Assembly (NCBI GenBank): GCA_046563655.1
Contig: CM102285.1
Span: forward strand, 13,082,001-13,146,000
Reading direction: 5' to 3'
DNA: 64,000 nucleotides
Source of the DNA: Yuukianura sp. NJ FZ-2021
Lineage: Eukaryota
Numbering within the stretch: the first letter of the stretch is position 1; the number at the start of each line of letters is the position of its first letter. The notes below the pieces were generated by a model. It was not told the origin of the DNA and did no database searches. It was given only the letters and a program-made list of their open reading frames with translations. The translations under genes and the position numbers were made by a program. This document shows positions 62,303-64,000 of the stretch, one piece after another.

Positions 62303-63283
62303 ATGAAGACTCTTCTGGTAAGAAAATTCTTCTAAATTTTGAAAGATGAAAGATTTTGGAAGTTTTCAACAAACTATAACAAAATCTTTTACAAACTGAG
62401 ATACGAAAATCCTCAAGATTCTGCAACTATTTGCGAAAATTAAACGGGATTAAACTTTTCAGATTTTAATTCGATTTGAGTCAAATTTTTTCAATTTTGT
62501 ATTAAATGTTAAAATTTTGGAGAAATTTTCAAATTTTGAAACATTGTGTAAATGAAATGCATAAAGTAGAGGAACCATCGGAGTTTTTGTTCACAAAATC
62601 CGAGATTTTTTGTTACACAAAATTAAAGCCGTTCAACAAAAAATTCAGAATAAACATCGAAAAATTATTTTGAAAAAGTTGTTTAAATCCAGTAAAGTCT
62701 GAAAATGAACAAAATTTTCAAAATTTCATTTTAGGTAGTGGGAATGTTCCTGACCGTCGCTCGATTGGGAGAGTCACGACCTCAGTACTCCTACCCGGTC
62801 CCACCTCCAGGCCCCACCAGGAACCCGTATGAAAATGAACAGCAAATAGATTCTCAAGGAATTGCCCCACCGGGTGGGTCTCTGTCAGTCCAATGCAGAC
62901 GCCGAGAAGTATCCCCTGGAAACTACCAATTCAGTTGCGAAGGAGTAGATCCACATAAGATCACTTTGTCCTCCGAACACATCTTGTGGCTCCGTGGACC
63001 AGGAGGTGAAAACCAACAATTGGACATTGTTGTGCCCAACTACCGTGTTGAAGAGCTCATTCGAGCAGCCCTTAAGGCCTCCAAGGGCGGCTCCACCAAC
63101 ATCAACATTCTGCTCAAGAAGCCAGAGACGGTGTACGATGTCCAGGCACAAGATGGTGGCCAAGTACCAAATGCCAAGCCAAGCGTCAACCTCCAGTACG
63201 AACAAGTCCGAGAACCAATCAGCGTCCATTATCCAGTGGAACAGGCTTACAACCCTCTGTCTGGACCAATCAGAGAGCCTTAA
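62303..63283 (+). CDS. Secreted protein, probable divergent Tweedle/DUF243-like cuticle protein (exons 62303-62317 and 62735-63283; 187 aa)
   Basis: MKTLL|GTAAGA...ttttAG|VVGMFLTVARLGES-RPQ forms a signal peptide split by a phase-0 intron, as is common in arthropod cuticle genes. TNINILLKKPE and AKPSVNLQY parallel Tweedle blocks III and IV. AATAAA at 63372. The gene model is solid; the family call is less certain. Confidence 0.72.
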
Positions 63284-64000
63284 GTGGTCCGTCCTTGGGC
63301 TGCTCAGAATTCTCACAATTATTATTTTTTGCAATTTTCATTTACACTTCTTCCGTTTTCTCTTCATAAATAATAAAAACAGAACATTTTTATAATTAAA
63401 CCCAAAAACTCAAACAATTAACTTGTACGCTTCTTTCGGAAAAATTCTAACAACATTTTTCATATTTTCATCTTTATTCTCAACAAATGACCAGAATCTA
63501 AAAAACTAGTGAAAGTCAAAATTCGAAATTTTGAAACCTCTAATAGAAGTGATGGATTTTTGAAAACCACAGTGGATGCTAAACTCTTACGAAATTTTAG
63601 CACTAACCAATTTAGCATTTAAAATTTGAAATCAGGAAAAGAGCTATAAATTACCCAAGCTTTATTTGTTTCTTCTACGTTCGACTGTTTCTCGTTAACT
63701 TTGTAATATACCAGATAGGCAGTATTTTTAATCGTACAAGTTCTGCTGTTGTTAATTGATTACTTCAAATAAGACATACGTTTTTTAGTCCTCCCTCTTT
63801 GAAACGGGTTTGAATGCAATTTTCCGGGATTTGAGTCCGGACCAAATGTGTCGTTTCCAGTACCATGTCACGGCAATAAGCAATGGAAAGATGAGCAGGG
63901 CCTAAAAAAAGAAGAAAAAAGTATACAAACAAAGGTAGGGTCACAAGGAATGATGAATTTATGAAACGACTTTCAGGGGGACTCAAAACCAGCTCTTTTG

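Overview
Eukaryotic, arthropod-type genomic DNA with GT-AG introns and AT-rich intergenic sequence. Positions 1-46699 (+) are the 3' part of a giant invertebrate titin-family gene (sallimus/D-titin/I-connectin type). I traced 18 exons by splice sites and phase, giving about 43.6 kb of CDS (about 14,500 aa) in this window alone. The order is: an exon of at least 18.2 kb dominated by about 18.5 near-identical 840-bp (280-aa) repeats, three Ig domains, several PEVK-like or acidic repeat arrays, an SH3 domain, five Ig domains, four FN3 domains and a sallimus-like C-terminal tail, with no kinase domain. One frameshift lies at about 39177, inside a phase-symmetric exon, and the last intron has a GC donor. 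After about 9.5 kb of non-coding DNA there are two + strand genes for secreted Tweedle/DUF243-like cuticle proteins (56458-57783 and 62303-63283), with candidate Grainy head, FTZ-F1 and ecdysone-receptor sites nearby. The most novel-looking signals are the 140-aa repeat (possibly a folded non-Ig beta domain), a ~46-aa motif shared across arrays, hidden 483-aa and 104-aa super-repeats, and phase-symmetric spring exons. All family assignments are by motif recognition; no database searches were run.
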